Of a stretch of DNA of 64,000 nucleotides, positions 1 to 9,959 are shown piece by piece (the first letter of the stretch is position 1; each line of letters opens with the position of its first letter). Made by a program: the position numbers and the translations under genes. This DNA is from an uncultured Gemmatimonadales bacterium (GTDB taxonomy: Bacteria; Gemmatimonadota; Gemmatimonadetes; Gemmatimonadales; GWC2-71-9). The notes under the pieces are model-generated. The model was given only the letters and a program-made list of their open reading frames with translations, was not told the DNA's origin and did not search any database. Location: assembly GCA_963728915.1 (NCBI GenBank), contig CAVSLV010000003.1, positions 128,001 through 192,000 on the forward strand, given 5' to 3'.

Positions 1-2
1 CC

Positions 3-833
3 TTCAAAGTCCGGGGCGCCTGGACCGCGGTGACCCGGCTGATCGAGCGGGAGGGCCGCCCCCGCGGGCTGATCGCCCACTCCTCCGGGAATCACGGCCG
101 CGCGGTGGCCTGGGTAGCCCGCCGGCTCGAGCTTCCCGCCGTCATCGTGATGAACGACAACGCGCCGGAGGTGAAGGTGCGCGCGGTCCGCGCCGAGGGC
201 GCGGAGGTGGTGCTGGTGGACCGGTATGAGCGGGTTAGGGTCGCCGAGGAACGGTCCCGGCGCGACGGCCTGACGATGATCCCGCCGTTCAATCATCCCG
301 ACGTGATTCTGGGGCAGTCCACCTGCGCGCTCGAGGTGCTCGAGGCGGCCCCCCAGATCAGGCATCTCCTCTCCCCGATCGGCGGGGGCGGACTCCTGGC
401 CGGCTGCTGCGCCGCCGCGATCGCGCTCAACCACCCGGTGGAGCCGATCGGCTGCGAGCCCGTCGGGGCCGCCAAGCTCTCCCGGGCCCTCGCCGAGGGA
501 CACCCGGCCCCGCTCGAGACCACCCGGAGCATCGCGGATGGACTCCTGCCGGTGGCGGTCGGGGACCTTCCCTGGCCGCTGATTCGCCAGCGGGTTACCC
601 GGGCCTTCCAGGTGGAAGAGGATGCCATCGGTCTGGCGGTCGGGTTCCTCTTCCATGAGATGGGACTCCAGGTCGAGCCGTCCGGGGCCGTCGGCGTGGC
701 GGCCCTCCTCGAGGGCCAGCTGACCCCGAGCGGACCGGTGGCGGTCATCCTGAGCGGCGGGAATGTGGCCCCTGAGCTCTTTTCGCAACTGACGAACCGT
801 CCGCCGGTCCGCCAGTCCGCCGGTCCGCGGTAA
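3..833 (+). CDS. PLP-dependent threonine/serine dehydratase (5'-truncated by window edge)
   Basis: The frame is open from position 3 with FKVRGA (PLP lysine motif); SSGNHG, IGGGGL, VEPSGA and LSGGN motifs follow. Confidence 0.9.
   Translation, partial: FKVRGAWTAVTRLIEREGRPRGLIAHSSGNHGRAVAWVARRLELPAVIVMNDNAPEVKVRAVRAEGAEVVLVDRYERVRVAEERSRRDGLTMIPPFNHPDVILGQSTCALEVLEAAPQIRHLLSPIGGGGLLAGCCAAAIALNHPVEPIGCEPVGAAKLSRALAEGHPAPLETTRSIADGLLPVAVGDLPWPLIRQRVTRAFQVEEDAIGLAVGFLFHEMGLQVEPSGAVGVAALLEGQLTPSGPVAVILSGGNVAPELFSQLTNRPPVRQSAGPR
799..830 (+). repeat. 4x octamer tandem repeat GTCCGCC(G/A)
   Basis: gtccgccg gtccgcca gtccgccg gtccgcgg, lying in the last codons of the dehydratase. Confidence 0.85.
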
Positions 834-836
834 CCC

Positions 837-2246
837 ATGCCCGCCTACACTCCCCACGTGCTGATCGTCGACGACGATTACACCCTGGCCCGTACCATGT
901 CCCGGATGCTGGTGGACAACGGGTACGATCCCGCCACGCTGTCGAGCGGGGTGGGTCTCCCCGAGTATCTGGCGACCCGGCAGGTGGACCTGTTGCTGCT
1001 CGATCTCTCGCTGCCCGGCAAGGACGGGGTCTCGCTGATCGAGCTGATCCGGCGCGATCCGGCCTGTCGCGACCTCGAGATTATCGCCATGACCTCGGAG
1101 GCTCCCGAGGAGGTCTCGGTTGGGGCGCTTTCCGCGGGCGCTTCGGACGTGGTGGGCAAGCCGATCCGGATCCGTGAGCTGCTGGCGCGCATTCGCACCC
1201 GGCTCCGAGCCACCCGGAGGTTGAACCAGGCCCGCGCCGAGGCGCGGGCCCAGTCGGCGCTGGTCGAGCTGCTCCGGGACATCACCTCGAACCTTCCGCC
1301 CCGGGAGTTGTTCCAGGTGCTGGTTCGACAGGTGGCCACCGGGCTCCGGATCCCCCGGTGCTCCATCCTCCTCGCCAAAGCGGGCGCGGATCGGGGCACC
1401 GTGGTTGCCGCCTCGGAAAACCCGGTGCTCAGCGAGCTGCCGGTCGATCTCAATCGCTATCCCGAAATCAGACGGGCGCTCGACAGTGGTGAGGTGGTGC
1501 TGGTGCGGGACGTGGCCGCCGATCCGGTGTACCAGGGCATCTCCGACATCACCACGACTTCAGTGCTGGTGATTCCCTTCGCGCTCCGGGGCGAGCGGGC
1601 CGGCGTCTTCTTCCTCCGCACCGGACCGGGCGATCCGCCGCTCGACGAAATGGATCTCCGGTTCGCCGGCCGGGTGGTCGAGTCGGCCGCGAGCGCGATC
1701 GAGCGCGCCCTGGACAACGACGAGGCCTCGCAGCGGGAACAGACGATGCGGCAGCTCGCCGAGACCGATCCGCTCACCGGCCTCCTCAACCGCCGAACCT
1801 TCGACGAAAGGCTGGCGCAGGAAGTGGATCGCGCCGCGCGCTACAGCACGGCGCTCTCCTGCCTGATGATCGACATCGACCATTTCAAGGCCACCAACGA
1901 TTCCTACGGACACCATGCGGGGGACCGGGTCCTGACCCAGTTCGCCGAGCTGCTGCGCCGGGAGCAGCGTTCCATGGACATCGTGACGCGCTACGGGGGC
2001 GAGGAATTCGTGGTGATTCTGCCCGAAACCGGCAACGCGGGAGCCCGCCTGTTCGCGGAGCGGATTCTGCGCCGGGTCCAGGCCAAGCCGTTCGGCGAGC
2101 CGGAGACCTCCATTCCGGTCACCGTGAGTATCGGCCTGGCCACCTACCCCGATGAACGGGCGCTCGACGCCGAGGGGTTGCTGCGGCTGGCCGACCGCAA
2201 CCTGCTCCGGGCCAAGAACGACGGCCGGAACCGCTATCGAGATTGA
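837..2246 (+). CDS. Diguanylate cyclase, REC-GAF-GGDEF
   Basis: N-terminal REC (LIVDDD, LLLLD, KP), central GAF, then DPLTGLLNRR, DIDHFK, an RSMD I-site and GGEEF. Confidence 0.92.
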   Translation: MPAYTPHVLIVDDDYTLARTMSRMLVDNGYDPATLSSGVGLPEYLATRQVDLLLLDLSLPGKDGVSLIELIRRDPACRDLEIIAMTSEAPEEVSVGALSAGASDVVGKPIRIRELLARIRTRLRATRRLNQARAEARAQSALVELLRDITSNLPPRELFQVLVRQVATGLRIPRCSILLAKAGADRGTVVAASENPVLSELPVDLNRYPEIRRALDSGEVVLVRDVAADPVYQGISDITTTSVLVIPFALRGERAGVFFLRTGPGDPPLDEMDLRFAGRVVESAASAIERALDNDEASQREQTMRQLAETDPLTGLLNRRTFDERLAQEVDRAARYSTALSCLMIDIDHFKATNDSYGHHAGDRVLTQFAELLRREQRSMDIVTRYGGEEFVVILPETGNAGARLFAERILRRVQAKPFGEPETSIPVTVSIGLATYPDERALDAEGLLRLADRNLLRAKNDGRNRYRD

Positions 2247-3271
2247 GCGCCCTCCGTTGCCCGCGCTGCGGCGCGACCTACGATCCTCCCGCCCGGTTCT
2301 GTCAACGCGACGGGTTTCCGCTGGCCCCCGGCTCTGCGCCACCTCCCACCACGCCACGCTCCTTCGGACTCCACCGCACCGGGGAACACCGGGTACCGGT
2401 CGCGTTGCGCGGCGATCCCGCCTCGGGGATGTCCGGGCGGGTGCTCGACGGGCGGTATCAGATCGAGATGCGGGTCGGGGAAGGAGGGATGGCCTACGTG
2501 TACCGGGCCAAGGACCGCGAGACCGGGCACACCGTCGCGGTCAAGGTCCTGATGGCCCGCCTGGTCAGCGATCGGGAAGCGGTGGGGCGGTTGCAACGCG
2601 AAGCGAAGGTGGCGATGCGGCTGGATCACCCCAACGTGTGCGGCATCGTGGGCTATGGCGAGGCGGGCGGATTGCCCTATCTGGTGATGCCGTTTCTCGA
2701 GGGGGAGACGCTTTCCCGCCGAGAGACCCGCCACGGCCCGATGCCCGAGCCGCTCGCGACCCGCCTCCTCCGGCAGCTCTGCCTCGGCCTCCAGCACGCG
2801 CACGAGGCCGGCATCCTGCACCGTGACCTCAAGCCGGAGAATGTCATGCTGGTTCCCGGCGCGCACCCCGGAATGGAGCGGGCCGTCGTCATGGACTTCG
2901 GGCTCGCCAAGGAAACCGTGGTCGCAGCCGAAGTCATGAAGCTCACCGCCACCGGGATCGTGCTGGGCACGCCGGAGTTCATGAGCCCGGAACAGATCCG
3001 GGGGAAGCCGCTCGACCGCCGGAGCGACATCTTCGGGCTTGGCGTGTTAGGGTTCGAGCTGGTGACCGGCCGGCTCCCCTTCGAGGGAACCACCGCCCAG
3101 GAGACCATGCTGGCCCACCTGACCGGCCAGCCGCTCCGGCTTCGCCAGGTCAACCCCAAGCTCACCGCGGGCCTCGAGCGGGTGCTGGCCCAGGGAATCG
3201 CCCACAAGCCGGAAAACCGGTTTCAGTCGATGGCGGAGTTCGAGGAAGCGCTGGCGGAGGTGGGTCAGTGA
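2243..3271 (+). CDS. Hanks-type Ser/Thr protein kinase with N-terminal zinc-ribbon-like motif
   Basis: CPRC...FCQRDG at the N-terminus; GEGGMA, VAVK, HRDLKPEN, DFG and GTPEFMSPE. TTG start overlaps the upstream stop by 4 nt. Confidence 0.9.
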   Translation: MSALRCPRCGATYDPPARFCQRDGFPLAPGSAPPPTTPRSFGLHRTGEHRVPVALRGDPASGMSGRVLDGRYQIEMRVGEGGMAYVYRAKDRETGHTVAVKVLMARLVSDREAVGRLQREAKVAMRLDHPNVCGIVGYGEAGGLPYLVMPFLEGETLSRRETRHGPMPEPLATRLLRQLCLGLQHAHEAGILHRDLKPENVMLVPGAHPGMERAVVMDFGLAKETVVAAEVMKLTATGIVLGTPEFMSPEQIRGKPLDRRSDIFGLGVLGFELVTGRLPFEGTTAQETMLAHLTGQPLRLRQVNPKLTAGLERVLAQGIAHKPENRFQSMAEFEEALAEVGQ

Positions 3272-4008
3272 GGCCGGTCCTCTCCTTCCTCGCCGCCCTC
3301 TCCGCGTGCAGCGTCACTCCGCTCACCAACAAGATCCGGGTCGGGGAAGAGGCGCTCGTGGTGGGAATCGGTGAGGGCACCGATGGGGAAACCGATCTCT
3401 TCGCCGCTCCCGCCGGCGGGGGCAGCTTTACCCGGATCACCTTCACCCGGGCCGAAGAGCGGGCCCCGAGCCTGAGTCCATCGGGAACGACCATCGCGTT
3501 CCTGCGCCGGACCGCCCCAGGGGACGAAACCTGGTCGCTGGTGCTGCTCGATCTGCTCAATAACCGCGAGTCGGCCGCGCCGATCCCCAAGGCCGCGGGT
3601 GCGCCGAGTACGATCGGATGGAGCGGGGACGGGGCCCAGGTCGTGGTGCGCGCCCAGGCGATGCTCGTGACACCGGCTCCGCCGCGGGCCACCTGGCTCC
3701 GGGCGGTACCGCTCGACTCCGTCGCCTGGGCCGACTCGGTCGCCAGCAAGAGCCTGGGAGATCCGCCCCGGGGTCGAATTGCTTCCTGCGGGATCGGCGC
3801 GTTCTGCGTGATCGCCGGGACCGACACCACCCGACTCGAGGGCATCACCGACCCGATTCCCTGGGGGCCCGATTCGCTGGGCTATTTCACCGGAGACCAC
3901 GCGTGGGAAGTTCGCCCGCTTGGCGGCGGGCACACTCGACGACCGGTGTGGACCGAGGTTCCCGCGGGGCTACGCGAATTGACCTACCAGAGAGCCCCGG
4001 CTAGCTGA
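3268..4008 (+). CDS. Putative lipoprotein with TolB/WD40-like repeat
   Basis: Lipobox LSAC; PSLSPSGTTIAF PD40-like motif; GTGA coupling to the kinase. Confidence 0.65.
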   Translation: MRPVLSFLAALSACSVTPLTNKIRVGEEALVVGIGEGTDGETDLFAAPAGGGSFTRITFTRAEERAPSLSPSGTTIAFLRRTAPGDETWSLVLLDLLNNRESAAPIPKAAGAPSTIGWSGDGAQVVVRAQAMLVTPAPPRATWLRAVPLDSVAWADSVASKSLGDPPRGRIASCGIGAFCVIAGTDTTRLEGITDPIPWGPDSLGYFTGDHAWEVRPLGGGHTRRPVWTEVPAGLRELTYQRAPAS

Positions 4009-4684
4009 TGACCCGGACCGGCGCTTCACTGCGCCGGTAGGCAATCGCCTCCCAGCCGGCAGTCAGCGCCTGCTCGACGTTGGGATGATCGGGGGTCCAG
4101 GTGCGGGAAGCGACCTGCTCTCCCACGAAGCCGGTCAGGGCGAGCCACACCGCGGCCCAGAGCTCCGCGGATCCGGGGCGAACCTGACCCCGCTGCTTTC
4201 CCGCGGCGACCAGCTGCTGAAGCGATTCCCGGAACTCGCGGGTCGCACGCCGGGCCGGCTCCTGCGACAGGGCCTCATCCGGGGGCCGCAACAGCATTCG
4301 GAGCATTGCGGGATCGCGCTCGGCGAGATCCACCAGCTGGCGCCCGATTCTGGACAGCCCCTCGCGGAGATCGTTCCCGGTCCGGGGCTCCTCCTCGGCG
4401 ATCAGCGCTTTGCCATATTGCTGCGCTTCGAGGCATGCCGCGGCGAGGAGGGCATCTTTCCCCGGGAAGTGGCGGTAGATCGTCGCTTCGGCCACTCCGG
4501 CGCGGTGGGCGATCTCGGGAGTGGTGGTGCCCCGAAACCCCTGAGTAGTGAACAACTCGAGCGCGGAGCGGATCAATCGGGCCCTGGTCGCGCGCGCGTC
4601 GCGGGATCGCCGCGCCGTCATCCGACGAGGATCCGGCGAGGGAGTCGACGGAGGAGGAGGCGGCGCGGGCGAGTGGGAAGTCAT
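4001..4684 (-). CDS. TetR/AcrR family transcriptional regulator
   Basis: ALELFTTQGFRGTTTPEIAHRAGVAEATIYRHFPGK helix-turn-helix; start uncertain. Confidence 0.9.
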   Translation of the reverse strand: MTSHSPAPPPPPSTPSPDPRRMTARRSRDARATRARLIRSALELFTTQGFRGTTTPEIAHRAGVAEATIYRHFPGKDALLAAACLEAQQYGKALIAEEEPRTGNDLREGLSRIGRQLVDLAERDPAMLRMLLRPPDEALSQEPARRATREFRESLQQLVAAGKQRGQVRPGSAELWAAVWLALTGFVGEQVASRTWTPDHPNVEQALTAGWEAIAYRRSEAPVRVIS

Positions 4685-4772
4685 GGCGGGTCGGAGAATA
4701 TACCTCGCCATTGAACCCAGTGATTGGCCCGGCTAGTTTGGGCGCCTCTTGACAGTTCTCGAGGAAGATGGA

Positions 4773-5936
4773 ATGAAATTCCTGGTGCTCGGCGCCGGTC
4801 TCCAGGGAGGCGCCGCGGCGTGGAGCCTTCTGCAACACGAAGCAGTGAAGCGGGTCACCCTCGCGGATCGCGAAACGGGGACCCTGCCGCCTTTTCTGCG
4901 AAGCCGCTCCGACGCCAGACTCCACGAGGTTACCCTGGATGCGCGGGATCAGGAGGCGCTCAAGGCCCTCATGACCGGGCACGACGCCGTGCTCTGTGCC
5001 CTCCCCTACTACTTCAATGAACCGGTGACCCACGCGGCGATCGCCGCGGGGCGGCACGCCTGCGATCTGGGCGGTAACACCGAAATCGTGGTGCAGCAGA
5101 AGGAGCGTAACGACGAAGCCACCCGGCGGGGCGTCTCCATCATTCCGGATTGCGGCCTCGCGCCGGGCATGGTCAACATCCTGGCCGCGGAGGGAATCCG
5201 GCGGCTCGACCGGCCCCGCTCGGTGAAGATCTACGTGGGCGGGCTGCCCCGGAACCCCGAGCCTCCCCTGAACTATCAGATCGTCTATTCACTCGAAGGC
5301 GCGCTCGACTATTACAGCACGCCGTCCTGGATCCTCCGCGGAGGAAAAGCAATCCGGGTCGAGGCGCTCTCCGAAGTGGAATCGCTGGAATTCCCCGCTC
5401 CGATCGGGACTCTGGAGGCGTTTCACACCGGCGGCGGGATCAGCACCCTGCCCTTCGGGTTCGAGGGACGGATCGACGTCATGGAGTACAAGACCCTCCG
5501 GTATCCGGGACACGCCGCGATCATGCGCCCGATCCGCGATCTCGGCCTGATCTCGAATCTGCCGGTCAAGCTGAACGGCCGGCCGGTGGTGCCGCGCGAC
5601 CTGTTCATTGCGGTCGTGGAGCCGAAACTGCTCAAGCCGGACTCGCCCGACGTGGTGGTGCTGCGGGTGATCGTGAGCGGGGAGAGGGCCGGCCGGGAGA
5701 CCGCCATCGATTTCGAGCTGATCGATTACGCCGACGAGGCGCGTGGGATTACCGCGATGATGCGGACGACCGGATTCTCACTGGCGCTGACCGCGCTGAT
5801 GCAGGTGAACGGTACCATCACGACGCCCGGGGTTCACACCCCGGACCAAGTCGTGCCGTTTCAGCCCTACGTCGAAGGCCTGGCGAAGTTCGGGGTGCGG
5901 ATCGCGGTGGAAGAACGCGAGGGATCGGCCGCCTAG
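4773..5936 (+). CDS. Saccharopine dehydrogenase / lysine 6-dehydrogenase family oxidoreductase
   Basis: VLGAGLQG Rossmann motif, DLGG, DCGLAPG, YKTLRYPGH and AMMRTTG; GAGGA Shine-Dalgarno (SD) upstream. Confidence 0.88.
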   Translation: MKFLVLGAGLQGGAAAWSLLQHEAVKRVTLADRETGTLPPFLRSRSDARLHEVTLDARDQEALKALMTGHDAVLCALPYYFNEPVTHAAIAAGRHACDLGGNTEIVVQQKERNDEATRRGVSIIPDCGLAPGMVNILAAEGIRRLDRPRSVKIYVGGLPRNPEPPLNYQIVYSLEGALDYYSTPSWILRGGKAIRVEALSEVESLEFPAPIGTLEAFHTGGGISTLPFGFEGRIDVMEYKTLRYPGHAAIMRPIRDLGLISNLPVKLNGRPVVPRDLFIAVVEPKLLKPDSPDVVVLRVIVSGERAGRETAIDFELIDYADEARGITAMMRTTGFSLALTALMQVNGTITTPGVHTPDQVVPFQPYVEGLAKFGVRIAVEEREGSAA

Positions 5937-7087
5937 AAGGACCAGCCCACGCCCGAGGTGAAGTTGAACCCGTTCGGGCCTTTCGCGAAGTAGAAGGACA
6001 CCAGGGCCTGGCGGAGCACCCGCAGGGCGACGCCGCCCCCTAACCCGGTCTTCCATCCCGAGAACGTCAGCGGTCCGCCGGCCGGCCCGTCATACACCCC
6101 GCCGCCGTCCATGAACGCCAGCAGGGTCAGGGCGCCGTAGTCTCCCCCATCGACCAGGTCGTATCGCACCTCGGCGCTGGTCATCACCGCCCGGCGTCCG
6201 GCCAGACGGCCCCGGACGTACCCCCGATTGCTGTCGAATCCCCCATAGACAGACGGCACGCGCTCCCATTCGGGGAATTCGTACCGGGCGTCGAGCGGGG
6301 CGTTCTCGCCCAGGCTCCGAAACCCGGCGCGGCCCGCGATCACCAGTCCCCGGCGCAGCGACACGTATCCGCGGCCCTGTCCGTATACGCCTGCGTACCC
6401 CGACCCGCAGGGGGCTTCGCAATACCTGCCGGTCCCGCCGAGCAGACCGGCCTCGAGGAGCAAGCCCTTCGCGGGAAAAAGCTCGCGGTCGCGGGTGTCG
6501 AGAATGGCGGTGAGCCGGGCGGTCGCGTCGGTGCCGGCGAGATTCGCGGGATGGTCGACCGCGAAGAGGTTCTCGACGTCGAGTGCCGAGTAGCTGAAGT
6601 GGGTGACCCCGGCGGCGGCGGACACCGAGAAGGGGCCCTTGATCCGGCGGGTGACCTCCACCCGCCCGTAGTACTGGGTGCGTTTCACCCGGAAGTAGTC
6701 GGTGGGAAATGCGTCGGGATCCAGCCCTGCGTCTCCCCCCGGGCCGGTTCCGTAGTACCCGAATCTTCCTTCCCGGACTGCGCCTGCATCGCCGGCGAGG
6801 CGCCAGTTCGGGTTGAGCCCGGGCGCACGCGCCTTGAGGGTCAACATTCGGGACCCCCGGGTGCCCCAGGCGCCCTCCGCTCCCAGGTACCAGTCGTGGG
6901 GAAATCGCGAGTTGTACTCCGCTTGCCGGGCGAATTGCCAGTGCCCGATGATCAACAGCCCGTTGTTGGGATCTCCCAGCAGATAGGGGAACCAGTCCAT
7001 CCGGGGCGGTATGGTTTCGTCCTGCGCGGCCAGGAGGGGGGGGCCGGCCAGGCAACCGAAGAGCAGGACTGCCGGGAGATACCGCAT
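5933..7087 (-). CDS. Omp85/BamA-TamA-like outer-membrane beta-barrel protein
   Basis: Signal peptide MRYLPAVLLFG; DTRD, NRGY (VRGY-like) and a terminal aromatic GVGWSF. Confidence 0.75.
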   Translation of the reverse strand: MRYLPAVLLFGCLAGPPLLAAQDETIPPRMDWFPYLLGDPNNGLLIIGHWQFARQAEYNSRFPHDWYLGAEGAWGTRGSRMLTLKARAPGLNPNWRLAGDAGAVREGRFGYYGTGPGGDAGLDPDAFPTDYFRVKRTQYYGRVEVTRRIKGPFSVSAAAGVTHFSYSALDVENLFAVDHPANLAGTDATARLTAILDTRDRELFPAKGLLLEAGLLGGTGRYCEAPCGSGYAGVYGQGRGYVSLRRGLVIAGRAGFRSLGENAPLDARYEFPEWERVPSVYGGFDSNRGYVRGRLAGRRAVMTSAEVRYDLVDGGDYGALTLLAFMDGGGVYDGPAGGPLTFSGWKTGLGGGVALRVLRQALVSFYFAKGPNGFNFTSGVGWSF

Positions 7088-7088
7088 T

Positions 7089-8117
7089 CTATTCTTTCGG
7101 ATAGAGCGTGGCGGCGTCGAGGAGGCGGGGCCCGCGTTCATCGCAGGCGGCATATCTGGCCGGGAACATCGAGGCCGCCCCGAACTCACCCCGCTTGTTC
7201 AACGCATAGAAGGTGAGCTGGGGCGGGCGGCCCTGGGCATCCCGCTTGTTCTCGGGACAGATCGCGACGACCCGGCGCAGCGTGGCCAGGCAGGCATCGG
7301 TCGGACTCTTTCCCTGGCGCATGAATTCCACGGTGAGGAAGCCTCCGCAGACCATGATGTTGAGCTCGCCCAGTCCGGTGGAGCCGGCGGCCCCGATTTC
7401 GTTGTCGGTGTACTGGCCCGCCCCGACGATCGGGGAATCTCCGGCGCGTCCCGGAATCTTCCAGGCCAGTCCCGCGGTGGTGGTGACCGAGGAGATCTCG
7501 CCCTTGTCGTTGATCGCGTCGAGATTGATCGTTCCGGTCGGGCGGATCCCCACCGGCGCTCCGTCGGGGACATCCATCCAGCTGTCGCCCTTGCTCCGGT
7601 TGGCCCGCCAGCGGAGCCATTTCTCGCGGGAAGACGGGGTCAGCAGGTCCTCTTCCTTGAAGCCGTAGGAAAGCGCGAAGCGCTTGGCTCCTTCGCCCAC
7701 CAGCAGGATGTGATCGGTGTACTTGAGCACCAGCCGGGCCACTTCGCTCGCCGTCTTGATGCCTTCCAGCGCGGCGACCGCGCCGGCGCGGCGGGTGGGT
7801 CCGTGCACGCAGCTCGCGTCGAGCTGGACCACGCCGTCCTCATTGGGGAGCCCGCCGTAACCGACCGATTCGTCGGTGGGATCCAGCTCCTGGATCTTGA
7901 CGCCTTCGACGGCGGCATCGAGGGTATCGGTGCCCTGGGTCATGAGCTGCACCGCGCGCTCCACGCCGCGAATCCCGTTGGCCGAGGCGACCGCGGCGAA
8001 CTTCGCCAGCGGGGGACGCCGGATCCGGGGCGCGGCAACGGCGGATGGCACCGGGAGCGCCGATCCGGCCACGGCGGCCGCGGCGGTCCCCAGGAAGTCA
8101 CGGCGGGTGACGGACAT
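7089..8117 (-). CDS. Tat-exported N(4)-(beta-N-acetylglucosaminyl)-L-asparaginase (Ntn hydrolase)
   Basis: TRRDFLG twin-arginine signal; SVGYGGLP, LDASC, GT nucleophile region, KIPGRAGDSPIVGAG and STGLGE. Confidence 0.88.
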   Translation of the reverse strand: MSVTRRDFLGTAAAAVAGSALPVPSAVAAPRIRRPPLAKFAAVASANGIRGVERAVQLMTQGTDTLDAAVEGVKIQELDPTDESVGYGGLPNEDGVVQLDASCVHGPTRRAGAVAALEGIKTASEVARLVLKYTDHILLVGEGAKRFALSYGFKEEDLLTPSSREKWLRWRANRSKGDSWMDVPDGAPVGIRPTGTINLDAINDKGEISSVTTTAGLAWKIPGRAGDSPIVGAGQYTDNEIGAAGSTGLGELNIMVCGGFLTVEFMRQGKSPTDACLATLRRVVAICPENKRDAQGRPPQLTFYALNKRGEFGAASMFPARYAACDERGPRLLDAATLYPKE

Positions 8118-8229
8118 GCGCATCCTCGGCGGAACGGGAGGCTGGAATCAGGGCCCGGGTGCCCCTTCTGTCAACTTGCCGTGCCGGGGTGGGGATTCTA
8201 CCTTCTCCCATCCTCCTCCCATCCTCATC

Positions 8230-9297
8230 GTGACTGCCGACCCGCCGCGACCGCGCCTCGACCCGGCGATCTTCAATCTTCCGGTCGAGAAGATGCGCGC
8301 GGGTTACTACTCCGACAAATACTTCACGCGGGCCCGCGAAATCCTGCTCGCGGATGGCATGCGCTCGCGGGTTACCATGCAGGTCTTCGGCAAGGCCCCC
8401 GCCTACCTGGGCGGCATCGACGAAGCCATCGCGATTCTCAAGCTCTGCGCCCTGGAATGGGACGATCTCGAGGTGTGGGCCCTGCACGATGGCGATCCGA
8501 TCGCTCCCTGGGAGTCGGTCCTGATGATCGAGGGCCCCTATCACGCCTTCGCTCATCTGGAAACGCTTTACCTGGGCGTGCTGGCACGGCGGACCCGGGT
8601 GGGCACCAACACCCGGCGGGTGGTGGAAGCGGCACGGCCCAAGGAGATCATGTTCTTTCCGGCCCGGCACGACCATTGGATCGTGCAGACCGGCGACGGG
8701 TATGCGGCGCACATCGCCGGGGCGATCGGCGTCTCCACCGATGCCCAGGCGTCCTGGTGGGGAAGCGAAGGAGTGGGTACGGTGCCGCACGCCCTGATCG
8801 CCGCCTACGGGGGAGACACGGTCCTCGCCACGGTGAAATTCTCCGAGCACATCGAACCGTCGGTCCGGCTGGTTACCCTGGTGGACTTCGAGAATGACTG
8901 CGTCGGCACGTCGCTCAAGGTGGCGCGGGCCCTGGGCGATCGCCTGTACGGAGTCCGGCTCGATACCAGCGAGATGCTGGTGGACCGTTCGGTCATTCCG
9001 CAGATGGGAACCTTCCGCCCGACCGGGGTGTGCCCCCAACTGGTGCGGAACGTTCGCGACGCTCTCGATGCCAACGGGTTCCCCGCCGTCAAGATCATCG
9101 TGTCGGGCGGCTTCACGGTCGAGAAGATCCAGGAATTCACCCGGCTCGAGGTGCCGGTCGATGCCTATGGCGTCGGTAGCTCGCTGTTCCAGGGACGATT
9201 TGATTTCACTGCCGACGTGGTGCGGCTGGAAGGGAAGCCCTGCGCCAAGGTGGGCCGGGAATACCGGTCGAACCCGAGCCTGGAACGGGTGAGGTGA
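8230..9297 (+). CDS. pncB: Nicotinate phosphoribosyltransferase (type II PRTase, QPRTase-like subfamily)
   Basis: YSDKYF, GTVPHA, GVRLDT, IIVSGG and YGVGS; adjacent to a nicotinamidase. GTG start inferred. Confidence 0.8.
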   Translation: MTADPPRPRLDPAIFNLPVEKMRAGYYSDKYFTRAREILLADGMRSRVTMQVFGKAPAYLGGIDEAIAILKLCALEWDDLEVWALHDGDPIAPWESVLMIEGPYHAFAHLETLYLGVLARRTRVGTNTRRVVEAARPKEIMFFPARHDHWIVQTGDGYAAHIAGAIGVSTDAQASWWGSEGVGTVPHALIAAYGGDTVLATVKFSEHIEPSVRLVTLVDFENDCVGTSLKVARALGDRLYGVRLDTSEMLVDRSVIPQMGTFRPTGVCPQLVRNVRDALDANGFPAVKIIVSGGFTVEKIQEFTRLEVPVDAYGVGSSLFQGRFDFTADVVRLEGKPCAKVGREYRSNPSLERVR

Positions 9298-9329
9298 GGC
9301 GGACCGGCGGACCGGCGGACAGGCGGACA
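9298..9329 (-). repeat. 4x octamer tandem repeat (GGCGGAC(C/A) on + strand)
   Basis: ggcggacc ggcggacc ggcggaca ggcggaca fills the pncB-pncA gap. Confidence 0.85.
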
Positions 9330-9332
9330 GAG

Positions 9333-9959
9333 ATGCGGATGGTGTTCTGGGATGTTGACACCCAATACGACTTCATGCGGGCGGACGGCAAGCTGTACGT
9401 TCCCGGCAGCGAGGAGATCATTCCGGTGCTGGCCGCACTCACCCGGTTTGCCCACGACCGGAAGATCCCGATCATTGCGAGCGCGGATGACCACGTCCCG
9501 GGCCACCGCGAGCTCTCGGCGCAGCCCGACTGGAAGGAGACCTATCCGGAGCACTGTATGCGGGGGAGCCCGGGGCAGCGGAAGATCCCGGAGACCGCCC
9601 TCCGGAACCCGCTGGTGATCGAGCCGGAGCCGCGCGATGCCGCCGCGCTGGCGGAGCAGGTCAGGGCTCACGAGGGCGACCTTCTGTTTCACAAGCACTG
9701 GTTCGACGTGTTCACTAATCCCAACGTGCTGCCCGTCCTGGATGCTCTCGCGCCGGAGCGGATCGTGCTCTACGGGGTAGCGACCGACGTGTGTGACAAG
9801 TATGCGATCGAAGGATTGCTGCGGCATCGCCCCGGGATTCCCCTCACCGTGGTCACCGACGCGCAGCGCGCCATCGATCCGGCGCAGGGCGCGAGGCTCC
9901 TGGAGGAGTGGAAGCGACAGGGCGTTACCCTCGCGACCAGCGCCGAGGTGATGGGGTGA
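9333..9959 (+). CDS. pncA: Nicotinamidase / isochorismatase-family cysteine hydrolase
   Basis: DVDTQYDF, G.LYVPG, D.H, YPEHC and GVATDVC catalytic Cys motif. Confidence 0.85.
   Translation: MRMVFWDVDTQYDFMRADGKLYVPGSEEIIPVLAALTRFAHDRKIPIIASADDHVPGHRELSAQPDWKETYPEHCMRGSPGQRKIPETALRNPLVIEPEPRDAAALAEQVRAHEGDLLFHKHWFDVFTNPNVLPVLDALAPERIVLYGVATDVCDKYAIEGLLRHRPGIPLTVVTDAQRAIDPAQGARLLEEWKRQGVTLATSAEVMG

Noticed and set aside
7011..8897. Long alternative-frame ORFs (628 aa here; also 12069-13589, 25151-27001, 26062-27783, 30360-32546 and others)
   Set aside because: They are antisense or off-frame shadows of well-supported genes, expected at high GC, and contain no recognisable motifs.
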